Shown here: one piece after another, positions 54,456-64,000 of the stretch
How positions within the stretch are numbered: the stretch's first letter is position 1
Layout: every line of letters starts with the position of its first letter
Notes under the pieces: model-generated
Told to the model about the DNA's origin: nothing
Databases searched by the model: none
The model's input: the letters and a program-made list of their open reading frames with translations, nothing else
NCBI GenBank assembly: GCA_030681595.1
Contig: JAUXSB010000003.1
Location: 95,207-159,206, forward strand
Source of the DNA: Candidatus Omnitrophota bacterium
GTDB taxonomy: Bacteria > Omnitrophota > Gorgyraeia > Ghiorseimicrobiales > Ghiorseimicrobiaceae
DNA: 64,000 nt
Direction: 5' to 3'
Program-made: the position numbers and the translations under genes

Positions 54456-54905
54456 CTACTTATTATTATTATAATAATCTCTGCCTCTTTCAATAAACTG
54501 CTCATCAACCTTCTCGGGCAGAAAAAAACTGCGGGTAAATTCCTTTGCTTTGTTAGTATCAAATTCCTTGCAGCAATATATATCCACGGAGATAAAATTT
54601 TTCGGGGTTAAGGTATGGATTACAATAGAGCTTTCGATTAACGGCGCCCATCCGGAAAGGCCCGCCTTATCCGGAAACCTTACGCCGTCGCTTCGAAAAA
54701 TATAAGGCGGAGACTGCTTTTCCATCCCTAGGAAATTTACAATCTCATCCAGATACCTGTAGCAAAGATCTAAATCGTCGCAGGTGCCGGGCTTGCAATT
54801 GTACAAATCCAGTAAAAGCTCATAACCGAATACCGCTGTTTCTTTGGTTAATTCGCTTATGCCATTTACCCCAATAGCAGTTTCTTTATCGGTTAGCCTA
54901 TTCAT
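54456..54905 (-). CDS. speH: S-adenosylmethionine decarboxylase proenzyme, small bacterial/archaeal type (SpeH)
   Basis: LLLDLYNC..SGWAPLIESSIVIHTLTPKNFISVDIYCC parallels the SpeH self-cleavage region (..ESH/S..IHTWPE..VDIFTCG). Confidence 0.7.
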   Translation of the reverse strand: MNRLTDKETAIGVNGISELTKETAVFGYELLLDLYNCKPGTCDDLDLCYRYLDEIVNFLGMEKQSPPYIFRSDGVRFPDKAGLSGWAPLIESSIVIHTLTPKNFISVDIYCCKEFDTNKAKEFTRSFFLPEKVDEQFIERGRDYYNNNK

Positions 54906-54945
54906 CTGTTTATTGATATTATATTAATGTATAAAAAAATAAAAA

Positions 54946-55674
54946 TCAAGTATTTTTTTTAATAAGGCGCAAATCCCGCCAAGCCAAGGCCGGCACCCTC
55001 AGCATGGCCTCAAAGATTATTCTTTTAGAAATTTTTGAAATACCTTTACTGCGGTTTATAAATAATATGGGGATCTCTTTTATGGCAAAGCCCATTTTGT
55101 ACGCCTTAAATGTCGTCTCTATCTGAAAAACATAACCTTCGGAATTTATGGGTGTAGCTAAAATTCCTTCCAACACTTGCCTCCTAAAACACTTATACCC
55201 ACCAGTCAAATCCTTAACGCTTAATCCTAAGAGGTAACGCGCATAAAGGCTGCCGAGGCGGCTTAAGGCCCTTCTAAATATGCTCCAGCCTAAAACAGCG
55301 CCGCCTTTAACATAACGAGAGCCCAAAACTACAGGATAATTCTCCGCTTCCTTAAGAAGCTGGGCTAAATATTTTGGCTGATGAGAAAAATCCGCGTCCA
55401 TCTGAAAAATAAACTCATAATCTTTGTTACAGGCATATTTAAAACCTGCTACATAGGCGCTGCCTAAACCAAGCTTCCCTTCTCTCTTTATCAACTTCAC
55501 TCTTGAGTCTTCTCTTGAAATTGCCTCAACCGCCTCTGCCGTCTTATCAGGCGAATTATCATCTATAACCAAAATATCAGCCTGCGGCAGAACATTAAAT
55601 ATATTTTCAATAAGAAAAACTATATTTTCTCTCTCATTATAGGTGGGGATAATGACTAAAGCCTTATTCGGCAT
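54946..55674 (-). CDS. Polyprenyl-phosphate mannose synthase (Dpm1-like GT2)
   Basis: ALVIIPTYNERENI..ILVIDDNSPDKTAE..KLIKREGKLGLGSAY. Confidence 0.75.
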   Translation of the reverse strand: MPNKALVIIPTYNERENIVFLIENIFNVLPQADILVIDDNSPDKTAEAVEAISREDSRVKLIKREGKLGLGSAYVAGFKYACNKDYEFIFQMDADFSHQPKYLAQLLKEAENYPVVLGSRYVKGGAVLGWSIFRRALSRLGSLYARYLLGLSVKDLTGGYKCFRRQVLEGILATPINSEGYVFQIETTFKAYKMGFAIKEIPILFINRSKGISKISKRIIFEAMLRVPALAWRDLRLIKKNT

Positions 55675-56992
55675 AGGAGCTACCCCTTAAACGGTATGCT
55701 GCCCTCAGCAAAGCCATATACAATAATAAAGTTCCTGCTGTCATATTAGAATAAAGGCTAACTACATCATCCAATGACTTTAAGACTTCCGGGTTCAATA
55801 TGCTGTTTAAAACAAAGGATGCTATAACCAAGACTAAAGCTACCTTATCTTTATGGTTTTTCATTAAATAATAGACCAAAACCATATGCCCAACCAGTAG
55901 ATGCAAAAAAGTATGCTTCCAAGCCAAGGGAGAAAATAAAACCATGCAGATTAAAATTAAAGAAAACTCAAGCAGATGCCCAAAGCTGAATTCCTTCTTC
56001 TTATAGAAAACCAGGTTCCGGCAAAAATAAAGCGCAAAAAATATCATTAATGACGCGATCAGCAAAAAAATACCTTTTATAAGTAACGGGGGCAGGAGAA
56101 AAATTCTGACCGGGGAATTTCCGGAAAATAACCTAAAAATACAGCTTAACAATGATTGATTCTTATACCAAAGGATTAATTCAGGCGTAGAAGCAAAGAG
56201 CAGGTTAAGCCAGCCTTTAAGATAGCTGACATTCTTTTCCCACCCCAAGTTTAGGCTAGGCAGCCACAGATATAACAAAATCCCGGCGCAAGAAGCAAAG
56301 GCCGCTTTATAGAACTTCCGATAGATAAAATAAGGGATAAATATTAAAGGTGTTATCTTGACCATAATTGCTGTGGCCAGGCTAAATCCGCTTAATACCT
56401 CTCTTTTTAAACGAAGAAACCAAATAGATAACACAAGAAAAAATAAAACTAAAAAATCGGATTGCACGCGGGAAAGCAAAACCAAGAGGAAGCGCAAAGT
56501 TAAAAAAAATGATAAAAAATAGAAATATACCGGGAGGCTTTTTTCTTTATTGGATTCAATAATTATTCTTTTTACCAGGTATATTGAAGATAAAATTAAA
56601 ATAAAAGTAAATAAATACCAGATAGGCACGCTAATATGCATATGCACTTTGGTAAAAGGCGACATAAAACATGCAAAGGCCGGCGAATATTTATATAAAT
56701 CAATGCCATAATTACTGCTATCCGAAGGATCATAAATCGGCTCGCCCTTAATAATCCTTTGGCCTGCCCTATGCATAACTGTAAAATCCGTCCATGATGT
56801 ACCCCAAGGTTGATATATGCGGGTGAAATAATAAATTGAAAGGATTAAAAATATAATAAAAAAAATTGCGGAAAATATTAAAAAATTTTTATCAAAATTA
56901 TGTTTACGCATCAATGGGGGTTTCTTTAACATATTTTTATATTTTACTCTTTTTGTTGGATAAATCAATATCTTGTCATATAATAAAGCCAT
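55664..56992 (-). CDS. GT87/DUF2029-family polyprenyl-phospho-sugar-dependent glycosyltransferase (membrane)
   Basis: About 11 TM helices; MHRAGQRIIKGEPIYDP..YKYSPAFACFMSPF matches the GT87 motif. Probable true start is MLKKPP (about 56932). Confidence 0.6.
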   Translation of the reverse strand: MALLYDKILIYPTKRVKYKNMLKKPPLMRKHNFDKNFLIFSAIFFIIFLILSIYYFTRIYQPWGTSWTDFTVMHRAGQRIIKGEPIYDPSDSSNYGIDLYKYSPAFACFMSPFTKVHMHISVPIWYLFTFILILSSIYLVKRIIIESNKEKSLPVYFYFLSFFLTLRFLLVLLSRVQSDFLVLFFLVLSIWFLRLKREVLSGFSLATAIMVKITPLIFIPYFIYRKFYKAAFASCAGILLYLWLPSLNLGWEKNVSYLKGWLNLLFASTPELILWYKNQSLLSCIFRLFSGNSPVRIFLLPPLLIKGIFLLIASLMIFFALYFCRNLVFYKKKEFSFGHLLEFSLILICMVLFSPLAWKHTFLHLLVGHMVLVYYLMKNHKDKVALVLVIASFVLNSILNPEVLKSLDDVVSLYSNMTAGTLLLYMALLRAAYRLRGSSYAE

Positions 56993-58916
56993 GCAATACG
57001 ACCGTTTTCAAGAAGAAGCCATCGGTTATATTAATCAGGGTTTTTCGGTAATCGTCTCTGCCCCTACCGGTGCCGGGAAAACCGCCATTGCCGAACATGT
57101 AATTGAAGACTCTATCAAAAAAAATGAAGGCGTGATCTATACCGCTCCGATAAAAACGCTCTCTAATCAAAAATTCCGCGATTTCCAAGCGCAATTCGGA
57201 GAAAAAATCGGTATCCTCACCGGCGACGTCACCATCAACCAGTATGCCCCTGTCCTGATTATGACTACGGAGATTTTCCGCAACAAAACTATCGAAGAAC
57301 CGGATACGCTGAAAGCTTATTCCTGGGTTATTTTTGACGAAGTACACTACATCGATAATCACGAACGCGGCACTGTCTGGGAAGAATCGTTGATTTTTCT
57401 GCCTAAACACATAAAAACCCTTTGCCTTTCTGCTACAATCCCCAATATAGAAGAATTTGCCGCATGGCTTAGCGCCCTATGCGATACTCCGGTAAAAGTC
57501 GTAAAGGAAGACAAACGCCCCGTCCCCCTGCATTTCTTCTTCCAGTGCCAAAACGAAATTTTCGATAATGTACATAAGATAAAATTCCCCGAATACACAT
57601 CATTACAATACCACCAACGCGGAAGGCATTTTCGGCATAGGATAAGTTTAAAACCTAACCGCCTAAACGCTTTAATAAACCATATCCGACAGGCAAAAAA
57701 CCTGCCCTTAATTTATTTTGTCTTCGGCAGGCGAAGAGCCGAAGACTTAGCCAGTGAACTCATAACCTACAACTTCCTGAATGACCAAGAAAAAAATGAA
57801 ATCCTTGCCTTATTTGATGCTTTATGCAAAAGATTTGAACTGACACACGAAAGAAGCGCGGCTGAACTTTATCCCCTGATTCAAAGAGGCATCGCCTATC
57901 ACCATGCCGGGATGCTCCCCACCTTAAAAGAAGTAATTGAACAATTATTCACCAGCCGCTTATTAAAAGTAATTTTTACTACGGAAACTTTTGCTTTAGG
58001 CATCAATATGCCTGCGCGCTCCGTCATCTTTGACGACTTAAGGAAATTTTACGGCGACTCGATAAGGCCATTAAAAACGCGCGATTTCTTCCAGATGGCT
58101 GGCCGCGCCGGAAGGCGCGGAATGGACAAGGAGGGGTTTGTTTACCTGCGTATCAACCCCTACAATATATCTTATGGCGAGATAAAACGCATTGTTTACG
58201 GAAAACCTGAAAGCATATACAGCCAGCTAAACAACTCTTATGCCACTATCTTAAACCTTTATGATAAATACCGCGAGAATATCTTTGAGGTTTACCGGCT
58301 CTCCTTCCATCATTACCAGTCAAACCAGCATAGCCAAAAGGAAGCGCAGAATCTGATGCTAGCAAAGATAAATCTTTTAAAGGAGCTCGGCCATATAAGC
58401 GAAGAAAGTTTATCGGATAAAGGCAACTTCGCCAAATCAGTTTACGGATATGAACTTATCCTTTCAGAGCTATACGAAGAAGGCTTTCTTGAAGAATTAG
58501 ACGAAACCAGCCTAGGGATATTATCTTGCGCGGTTATATTTGAACCGAGAAAAAATCAAGAAATACTTTCGCTTTCTAAAAAAGCAAAAGAGATAAAGAA
58601 AAAATGCGAAACGGCTATTGAACAAATCCGCCATAAAGAAATGAGTTGCAGAATCCACCCCCTAAGCAAAAAACCCTACTTTCATCTCTCATCAAGCATA
58701 GAAGCCTGGATAGAAGGGCAAAGCTTTAATAAGATAGTTTCGCTTTGCGATGTTGATGAAGGAGAACTCGTGCGTTATTTTAGGATGAGCCTGCAGATTC
58801 TACGTGAGATAAATTCGTCCCCCGCATCCAGCCCGTTTTTAAAAGAAAGAGCACGGAATGTCATTGCCAGAATTAAACGCGATATAGTAGATGCGGAGAA
58901 ACAACTACGGGAATAA
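56973..58916 (+). CDS. Ski2-like superfamily-2 DEAD/DEAH-box helicase
   Basis: Motif I SAPTGAGKT, DEVH (IFDEVHY), SAT (LSATIPN), HHAGM, QMAGRAGRRG. Only clear plus-strand gene; probable ATG start at 56991 (MQYDRFQ). Confidence 0.8.
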   Translation: MSYNKAMQYDRFQEEAIGYINQGFSVIVSAPTGAGKTAIAEHVIEDSIKKNEGVIYTAPIKTLSNQKFRDFQAQFGEKIGILTGDVTINQYAPVLIMTTEIFRNKTIEEPDTLKAYSWVIFDEVHYIDNHERGTVWEESLIFLPKHIKTLCLSATIPNIEEFAAWLSALCDTPVKVVKEDKRPVPLHFFFQCQNEIFDNVHKIKFPEYTSLQYHQRGRHFRHRISLKPNRLNALINHIRQAKNLPLIYFVFGRRRAEDLASELITYNFLNDQEKNEILALFDALCKRFELTHERSAAELYPLIQRGIAYHHAGMLPTLKEVIEQLFTSRLLKVIFTTETFALGINMPARSVIFDDLRKFYGDSIRPLKTRDFFQMAGRAGRRGMDKEGFVYLRINPYNISYGEIKRIVYGKPESIYSQLNNSYATILNLYDKYRENIFEVYRLSFHHYQSNQHSQKEAQNLMLAKINLLKELGHISEESLSDKGNFAKSVYGYELILSELYEEGFLEELDETSLGILSCAVIFEPRKNQEILSLSKKAKEIKKKCETAIEQIRHKEMSCRIHPLSKKPYFHLSSSIEAWIEGQSFNKIVSLCDVDEGELVRYFRMSLQILREINSSPASSPFLKERARNVIARIKRDIVDAEKQLRE

Positions 58917-58918
58917 CC

Positions 58919-60301
58919 CTAAGCGTACAACTTGACCCTTACCTTCTTCCAACATCCGATTTCAAACCAAATCAAAGTAAGCAAACCGTTTAGAGCATAA
59001 GAAGTAGCCACCGCCCACCAAATACCCCTTAGCCCAAAACTGGTATATTTAGCCATGTAATACGCCAAAGGCACCAGGTAACCCCAGAGGCTGATAAAAG
59101 TAATCAGCATCGGAACAACCGTATCTCCGGCGCCGCCTAAGGCGCGGTTTAAAACTACACCGAAGGCAATGAAAATATAGAAAAACGCGGAAATACGCAT
59201 AAATTCTGAACCGATGGCAATTACCTGGGCGTCTTTTGTAAATAAGGACATAATCGCTCTCGAAAAATTATAAAAAATAACTCCGGCGATAAACATCAAA
59301 ATCAGATTGATCATTGTGGCAACCCATACGCTTTTTCTGGCACGCTCAATATTGCCTGCGCCCAAATTCTGACCCATTAAAGTAGCCGCAGCGCCACCCA
59401 AGGCAAAAGCGGGTAATAATGCATTAATGTGTATCCGCATAACTATACCAAACGCGGCAGTCGCCGCTATTCCAAACCCGGCTACGATATTTATGATAAA
59501 CATGCTCATTACCGAACGGAAAAACATCTGCAGCATCGTCGGCACGCCTACTTTTAATATATCCCGCATAATATCAAGCCTAAGCTTGATCTTTGAAAAC
59601 GTAAGGCAGATTTTTGAACTCCCTTGAGAAAAAAGCCTTAATGCTAAAAAAAGTGCAACCCCCTGGGCAATTACCGTAGCTACTGCCGCCCCCTTTGTGT
59701 ACATCGGCTTAACCCCTATCCCAAAGATAAAAATCGGATCCAGCACAATATTAAAAAGATTAGCGATAACCATGAAAATCATCGGGTTTATCACATCTCC
59801 CGCGCCCTGCAGGATTGAACTGCTTAAAAGAAACAGAATCATCGTAAAATTCCCTAAAAGCAAAATTTTTAAATAATCCTCGCCTGCGGCGATTATTTCT
59901 TTTTCCGCTCCAAGCCAAGACAAAAAATGGCCGGAAAAAAATATCCCTAAGATTGCCGCAATAAAAGAAAGCAAAATCCCGAAAATAAGCGCCTGGTGTG
60001 CGCAGGCCTGGGCGCCGGAAATATTATTTGCCCCCATATTTTTAGAAACCAACGAAACGGCACCCATGCCTATACCGGAAACAATGGTAAACATAAGCAT
60101 CATCAAAATCCCGCTCATTGCCACAGCGGCAATTGCAGCTGGCCCTAAACTCCCCACCCAGAACATATCTACTAAGCTCTGCGTACTCTGCAGGAACGCG
60201 CCAATCATCAAGGGGGTGGCCAAAGAGATAACATTTTTAGTAATATCTCCTTCAGTAATCTTTTTATTACTGCTAAAAATATTTTTAATAATACGCTTCA
60301 T
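58919..60301 (-). CDS. MATE-family efflux transporter
   Basis: 460 aa with 12 TM helices and a two-fold internal repeat pattern typical of MATE/NorM. Confidence 0.8.
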   Translation of the reverse strand: MKRIIKNIFSSNKKITEGDITKNVISLATPLMIGAFLQSTQSLVDMFWVGSLGPAAIAAVAMSGILMMLMFTIVSGIGMGAVSLVSKNMGANNISGAQACAHQALIFGILLSFIAAILGIFFSGHFLSWLGAEKEIIAAGEDYLKILLLGNFTMILFLLSSSILQGAGDVINPMIFMVIANLFNIVLDPIFIFGIGVKPMYTKGAAVATVIAQGVALFLALRLFSQGSSKICLTFSKIKLRLDIMRDILKVGVPTMLQMFFRSVMSMFIINIVAGFGIAATAAFGIVMRIHINALLPAFALGGAAATLMGQNLGAGNIERARKSVWVATMINLILMFIAGVIFYNFSRAIMSLFTKDAQVIAIGSEFMRISAFFYIFIAFGVVLNRALGGAGDTVVPMLITFISLWGYLVPLAYYMAKYTSFGLRGIWWAVATSYALNGLLTLIWFEIGCWKKVRVKLYA

Positions 60302-60906
60302 TGCCTTGATAAATAAAAAACCAGGGTTTTCTTTATTTTTTCCAATGCTCGCGCGCGATGGCTCATTGTATGTTTTACTTTTTCCCCTAATTCAGCAAAG
60401 GTTTTTTTATATTTAGGGATAACAAACAATGGGTCATAGCCGAAGCCAGAATTTCCCCTCGGCTCATAGCCGATAACTCCGTGGCATCCGCCTTCCACGA
60501 CTTTGATTAAACCGTCTTTATCCGCAAGGGCAACCGCGCTTTTATAAGCTGCTTTTCTTTTTGAAAACGCAACTCCTTTTAACAATTTCAGCAGCTTGCG
60601 GTTATTCCTCTGGTCACTCTTCGGCCAGCCACCGAAACGCGAAGAATATATTCCCGGCGCGCCATTTAACGCTTTAACCTCCAAGCCTGAATCTTCCCCT
60701 AAGGTAAGTTTCTGAGTAAGCCGGGCAAGGCGCACAGCTTTTTTTACGGCATTTTCTTTAAAAGTCAAACCATTTTCTTTAACATTCGGCGCTTTCGAAA
60801 AATCTTCCAGGCAGCACAGTTTGATTTTATAACCTTTAAGCAACTGCCTTATTTCTCTTAATTTTTTCCTATTTTTTGTCGCTATCACGAGTTCTTTAAC
60901 AAGCAT
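60298..60906 (-). CDS. rdgB: Non-canonical purine NTP pyrophosphatase (RdgB/HAM1)
   Basis: LVIATKNRKKLREI..EDSGLEV.ALNGAPGIYSSRF..GFGYDPLF..TFAEL..K..SHRARAL. Confidence 0.85.
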   Translation of the reverse strand: MLVKELVIATKNRKKLREIRQLLKGYKIKLCCLEDFSKAPNVKENGLTFKENAVKKAVRLARLTQKLTLGEDSGLEVKALNGAPGIYSSRFGGWPKSDQRNNRKLLKLLKGVAFSKRKAAYKSAVALADKDGLIKVVEGGCHGVIGYEPRGNSGFGYDPLFVIPKYKKTFAELGEKVKHTMSHRARALEKIKKTLVFYLSRQ

Positions 60907-60987
60907 ATTTTAGGCTATAAATAAAACAGCGAGCAACAAATATAGGATTAACCTTTTAGCAATTAATCGTTGCTCGCTGTTCTTTTT

Positions 60988-61707
60988 TTATAAAAAAATA
61001 TCCCTCAATAAACCCTTCTGGATATCTATCAACTTTATGATTCCTGATTTTGCCAAGGCAATCAGTTCATTCATCCGGTCCTGGTTAAAAGGCCTGCGTT
61101 CGGCTGTCCCTTGCAGTTCGATAAACTCGCCTTTACCGGTCATAACAACATTCATATCTACTTCCGCGTTAGAATCCTCCTCGTAGGTAAGGTCCAATAC
61201 CGGCACACCCTGCACAACCCCTACACTGGTTGCCGCGACATAATCTGAAAGAGGTATTTTTTTAATCAAAGCGTCGCGCCTTAGGCGATCCAATGCCTTA
61301 GCCAAAGCGATAAAACTCCCGGTAATAGATGCCGTACGCGTGCCCCCGTCGGCTTGAATTACGTCGCAATCAACCCAGATAGTACGCTCGCCAAGCTCTC
61401 TCATGTCCACTATAGTGCGCAGGCTTCTTCCGATAAGCCGCTGAATTTCGGTAGTCCTGCCGCCTGTCTTATCCACTCTGGGTATACGCACCTTACAAGA
61501 CCGTGGAATCATCCCGTATTCAGCCGTTACCCATCCCGTACCGGTATTGCGTAAAAATGGCGGCACCGTATTTTCTACCGATGCCGTACAAATTACTTTT
61601 GTATTGCCTAATTCAATAAGGCAGGAGCCCTCAGCATATTTGTTAAAATCCAAAGTTATATTAATATTTCTTAATTTATCAAACGCCCTGTTGTCTAATC
61701 TCGCCAT
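60988..61707 (-). CDS. rph: Ribonuclease PH
   Basis: [45 protein letters not shown]. Confidence 0.9.
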   Translation of the reverse strand: MARLDNRAFDKLRNINITLDFNKYAEGSCLIELGNTKVICTASVENTVPPFLRNTGTGWVTAEYGMIPRSCKVRIPRVDKTGGRTTEIQRLIGRSLRTIVDMRELGERTIWVDCDVIQADGGTRTASITGSFIALAKALDRLRRDALIKKIPLSDYVAATSVGVVQGVPVLDLTYEEDSNAEVDMNVVMTGKGEFIELQGTAERRPFNQDRMNELIALAKSGIIKLIDIQKGLLRDIFL

Positions 61708-61728
61708 TGCCGCTATCCCTCCGATTCA

Positions 61729-61848
61729 CCCCGTTAGAGATAGCCCCGAAACTTCGGGGCGTCTATAGGGGGCTAAATTTTATATTAGCTAATGCTTCCT
61801 TAAGGTGTAATTTTACCAAATGTGAAATACTTACAATCTCTAACGGGG
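61729..61848. repeat. Inverted-repeat-bounded module: CCCCGTTAGAGAT ... ATCTCTAACGGGG (perfect 13-bp IRs) with internal hairpin GCCCCGAA-ac-TTCGGGGC
   Basis: Left arm 61729-61741, right arm 61836-61848. A third direct copy of ATCTCTAACGGGG at 61908-61920 lies inside the last codons (PVRDNC) of the fumarase beta gene. Confidence 0.6.
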
Positions 61849-61898
61849 TTTAAAAATATCCCAGCTTCTATATTATAGCACCTACCTATATAAACAAT

Positions 61899-62501
61899 TT
61901 AGCAGTTATCTCTAACGGGGTAAAGATCATTCCCATAAGCATCGATACCAACAATTACGGGAAATTCTTGTACTGCTAATTTATAAATTGCCTCTGTGCC
62001 CAAATCCGGATAAGCAACAAGTTCTGCTTTTTTAACAAAAGTGGACAGGAGCGCTCCGCAGCCAGAGTAAGCTAAAAAATATACTGCCTTATGCCTTTTT
62101 ATTACTTGCCTTACCTCTTCTGAACGCATACCTTTGCCAATCATCCCTTTTAGGCCTGCTTTAAGCAATAGAGGCACGAAACTATCCATCCTTGAACTGG
62201 TCGTCGGCCCGCAGGAACCGATAACTTCCCCTTCTCTTGCCGGCGTCGGCCCGCAGTAATAAATTAAAGCACCCTTTAAATTAACAGGTAAAGTTTTATT
62301 ATCTTTAATCGCCTCGGACAATCTCTTGTGTGCCTGGTCGCGGGCGGTATAAATTACACCACTCAATAAAACCTCATCGCCAGCCGCCAACTTTTCTATT
62401 TCGGATTTCTTTAACGGCAATTTTATTTTTTTTGTTTTATTCATCTTTTGACGCCATGCCGCAATAACTCTATAATGTTTTTGTCGCGCTGCGAAGAGCA
62501 T
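61899..62501 (-). CDS. Class I fumarate hydratase / tartrate dehydratase beta subunit (Fe-S hydro-lyase, beta region)
   Basis: GDEVLLSGVIYTARDQAHKRL..YYCGPTPAREGEVIGSCGPTTSSRMD..GMIGKGMR. Likely start MNKTKK (about 62444). Confidence 0.8.
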   Translation of the reverse strand: MLFAARQKHYRVIAAWRQKMNKTKKIKLPLKKSEIEKLAAGDEVLLSGVIYTARDQAHKRLSEAIKDNKTLPVNLKGALIYYCGPTPAREGEVIGSCGPTTSSRMDSFVPLLLKAGLKGMIGKGMRSEEVRQVIKRHKAVYFLAYSGCGALLSTFVKKAELVAYPDLGTEAIYKLAVQEFPVIVGIDAYGNDLYPVRDNC

Positions 62502-63294
62502 GACAACTGATATTTACACATACAGGAAGCCCCGCAATATGTGTAGGATAAGTTTCTATATTTACACCCAAACAAGTGGCTTTCCCGCCTAACCCCATCG
62601 GCCCGATTTTTAACCTGTTTATCCTTGTTAATAATTCTCCTTCTAATTTCGAACCCTTACGCCCTATGGGCCTAAGCAGGGCCTTTTTTGCCAAAAGACA
62701 GGCATAATCTGCAGTGCCCCCGATACCTACACCCAAGACATACGGCGGGCAGGCATCGGGCCCGGCAGACTTAATCGCCTCAATTATGAAATTTTTAATG
62801 TCGCTGATGCCGGCTGTCGGCTTAAACATCATTAACTGCGATTTGTTTTCGCAGCCAAACCCTTTAGGAGAAACAGTTATCATTAATCTGTTACCCTTAA
62901 CAATATCTATATGAATTACGGCAGGAGAATATCCCGGCTTGTTTCTTTTGAGGGGGTCGTTGACAATAGAAGCCCTAAGGTAACCTTTTACATAACCTAA
63001 AGTAATTCCTCTATTAATAGCTTCATTAAAATCACCTCCGCTGATATGTATATCTTGGCCAAGCTCTACAAATACAACCGGCATACCGGTATCCTGGCAA
63101 ACCGCCAACTGCCTCTCTGCGGCAATCTCCGCATTCTTCAACAGTTCTCGTAAGATTTGTTTTGGGCGCTTCTCGGATTCTTTCCGGTAAGCTTTTTTTA
63201 ATTCGCCTAAAACGTCCTCTCTTAAATCGGTATTTGCCTGAATAGACAAAGCCACTACTGTCGTTGTTATTAAATTTACGCTGATATCTCTCAT
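62470..63294 (-). CDS. Class I fumarate hydratase / tartrate dehydratase alpha subunit
   Basis: AVCQDTGMPVVFVELGQDIHISGG..YLRASIVNDPL matches the Fe-S hydro-lyase alpha domain. Confidence 0.8.
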   Translation of the reverse strand: MRDISVNLITTTVVALSIQANTDLREDVLGELKKAYRKESEKRPKQILRELLKNAEIAAERQLAVCQDTGMPVVFVELGQDIHISGGDFNEAINRGITLGYVKGYLRASIVNDPLKRNKPGYSPAVIHIDIVKGNRLMITVSPKGFGCENKSQLMMFKPTAGISDIKNFIIEAIKSAGPDACPPYVLGVGIGGTADYACLLAKKALLRPIGRKGSKLEGELLTRINRLKIGPMGLGGKATCLGVNIETYPTHIAGLPVCVNISCHALRSATKTL

Positions 63295-63693
63295 TTATTC
63301 CCCCTGGTATTCCCGCACAACACTGGTTGTTATCCCGCCGCGGGGGTTAAACACACCGCTGATTTTTACCCATCTGGGACTGACGGCATTTACGAAATCA
63401 TCCGTAATTTTATTAATTACATTTTCATGAAATATCCCGAGGTTGCGGTAAAAAATCGTATACATCTTAAATGACTTTAGTTCCACGCAATATTTATCAG
63501 GGGAATAATCAATCTTTATTACTGCAAAATCCGGCAAGCCTGTCTTTGGGCAAATACAGCTAAATTCAGGCATATCTAAAGAAACAATATAATCTTTATC
63601 GCTATATTGATTCTTAAAAACATCTATTTTAGGAGTTTTGAGGCTGCGAATACTACTCTGCAGGCCTTCATAAGAAGCCTTCTTGTTTTGCAT
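63295..63693 (-). CDS. queF: NADPH-dependent 7-cyano-7-deazaguanine reductase (QueF, unimodular type)
   Basis: MPEFSCICPKTGLPDFAVIKIDYSPDKYCVELKSFKMY..FRNLGIFHENVINKITDD..GVFNPRGGI. Confidence 0.85.
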   Translation of the reverse strand: MQNKKASYEGLQSSIRSLKTPKIDVFKNQYSDKDYIVSLDMPEFSCICPKTGLPDFAVIKIDYSPDKYCVELKSFKMYTIFYRNLGIFHENVINKITDDFVNAVSPRWVKISGVFNPRGGITTSVVREYQGE

Positions 63694-63716
63694 ATTTACC
63701 CTGTTTAAAATTTTTT

Positions 63717-64000
63717 CTAATGCACCGCCAGATACTTATGTACCTGCGGGATAATCCGTACGTCAGAAACAGTATGGAATAAAGTATCCTGGTACGCCTT
63801 GGCTTTATCTAACAGGCGCCTGCCTAATTCAAATGTGTTCGGCTGAATAATCAAAGGGATATCTTTTCCAGAGCCTTTTATTAGGCTCATTACTTTCTCG
63901 ATATCTTCATCATGAGTTGACAGGCACACAATGCATTTAACAAAAACTTCTTTTCTAACGGCGGTCTCTAAAAATTTTTTATGCTCCTGCCAATACTCTT
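63717..64000 (-). CDS. queE: Probable 7-carboxy-7-deazaguanine synthase (QueE), C-terminal part; 5' end outside window
   Basis: ORF continues to the window edge. C-terminal IQPNTFEL..RIIPQVHKYLAVH resembles the QueE C-terminus (PQLHK). Adjacent to queF. Assignment tentative. Confidence 0.45.
   Translation of the reverse strand, partial: EYWQEHKKFLETAVRKEVFVKCIVCLSTHDEDIEKVMSLIKGSGKDIPLIIQPNTFELGRRLLDKAKAYQDTLFHTVSDVRIIPQVHKYLAVH

Overview
AT-rich bacterial chromosomal segment (roughly 38-40% GC by eye), with nearly all genes on the minus strand. This is a biosynthetically competent organism, not a reduced symbiont. Minus-strand gene order, from high to low coordinate, is described in the next seven sentences. 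The high end holds a partial queE, then queF, class-I fumarate hydratase alpha and beta, rph, rdgB, a MATE transporter, a GT87 mannosyltransferase, a polyprenyl-phosphate mannose synthase, speH and the rplM-rpsI operon; a Ski2-like helicase is the only clear plus-strand gene. A complete argCJBDFGH operon follows. Next come a lysine (DapL-route) operon dapF-dapA-dapB-dapL, lysA, a FolK-PanC fusion and nadX. A roughly 17 kb nucleotide-sugar tailoring and glycosylation supercluster follows, carrying hddA/hddC, a Gmd-like dehydratase, a His-for-Lys 3-dehydrase, an RmlC-like epimerase, three Fcl-like reductases, a split transketolase, three B12-binding radical-SAM enzymes, a TylF-like methyltransferase, a GT2 and a GT-C-like membrane protein. 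Then come a TMTC-like TPR membrane protein, uvrA and a large TPR protein. A type IV pilus / T2SS-like cluster follows with an HTH regulator, a PilM-PilN fusion, PilO, a PilP-like protein, a secretin, PilB, PilC, four prepilin genes and an upstream PilX-like gene. The low end holds tRNA-Ala(CGC) with a truncated duplicate of its 3' half, and a partial Memo-like/AMMECR1 fusion (AmmeMemoRadiSam components B and A in one ORF). Noncoding structure of note: (i) one short sequence module inserted in-frame into both uvrA and dapF; (ii) a roughly 60-90 bp leader cassette with a perfect palindrome shared by the pilin gene and dapB; (iii) 12-13 bp inverted-repeat termini CCCCGTTAGAGAT bounding small modules at three intergenic loci; (iv) a GC-rich nested-repeat island between pilC and the pilin genes; (v) 44-bp tandem repeats next to the tRNA whose core recurs inside a CDS; (vi) a split four-helix-bundle pseudogene flanked by inverted repeats. 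All coordinates for noncoding features are from manual reading and may be off by 1-2 nt.
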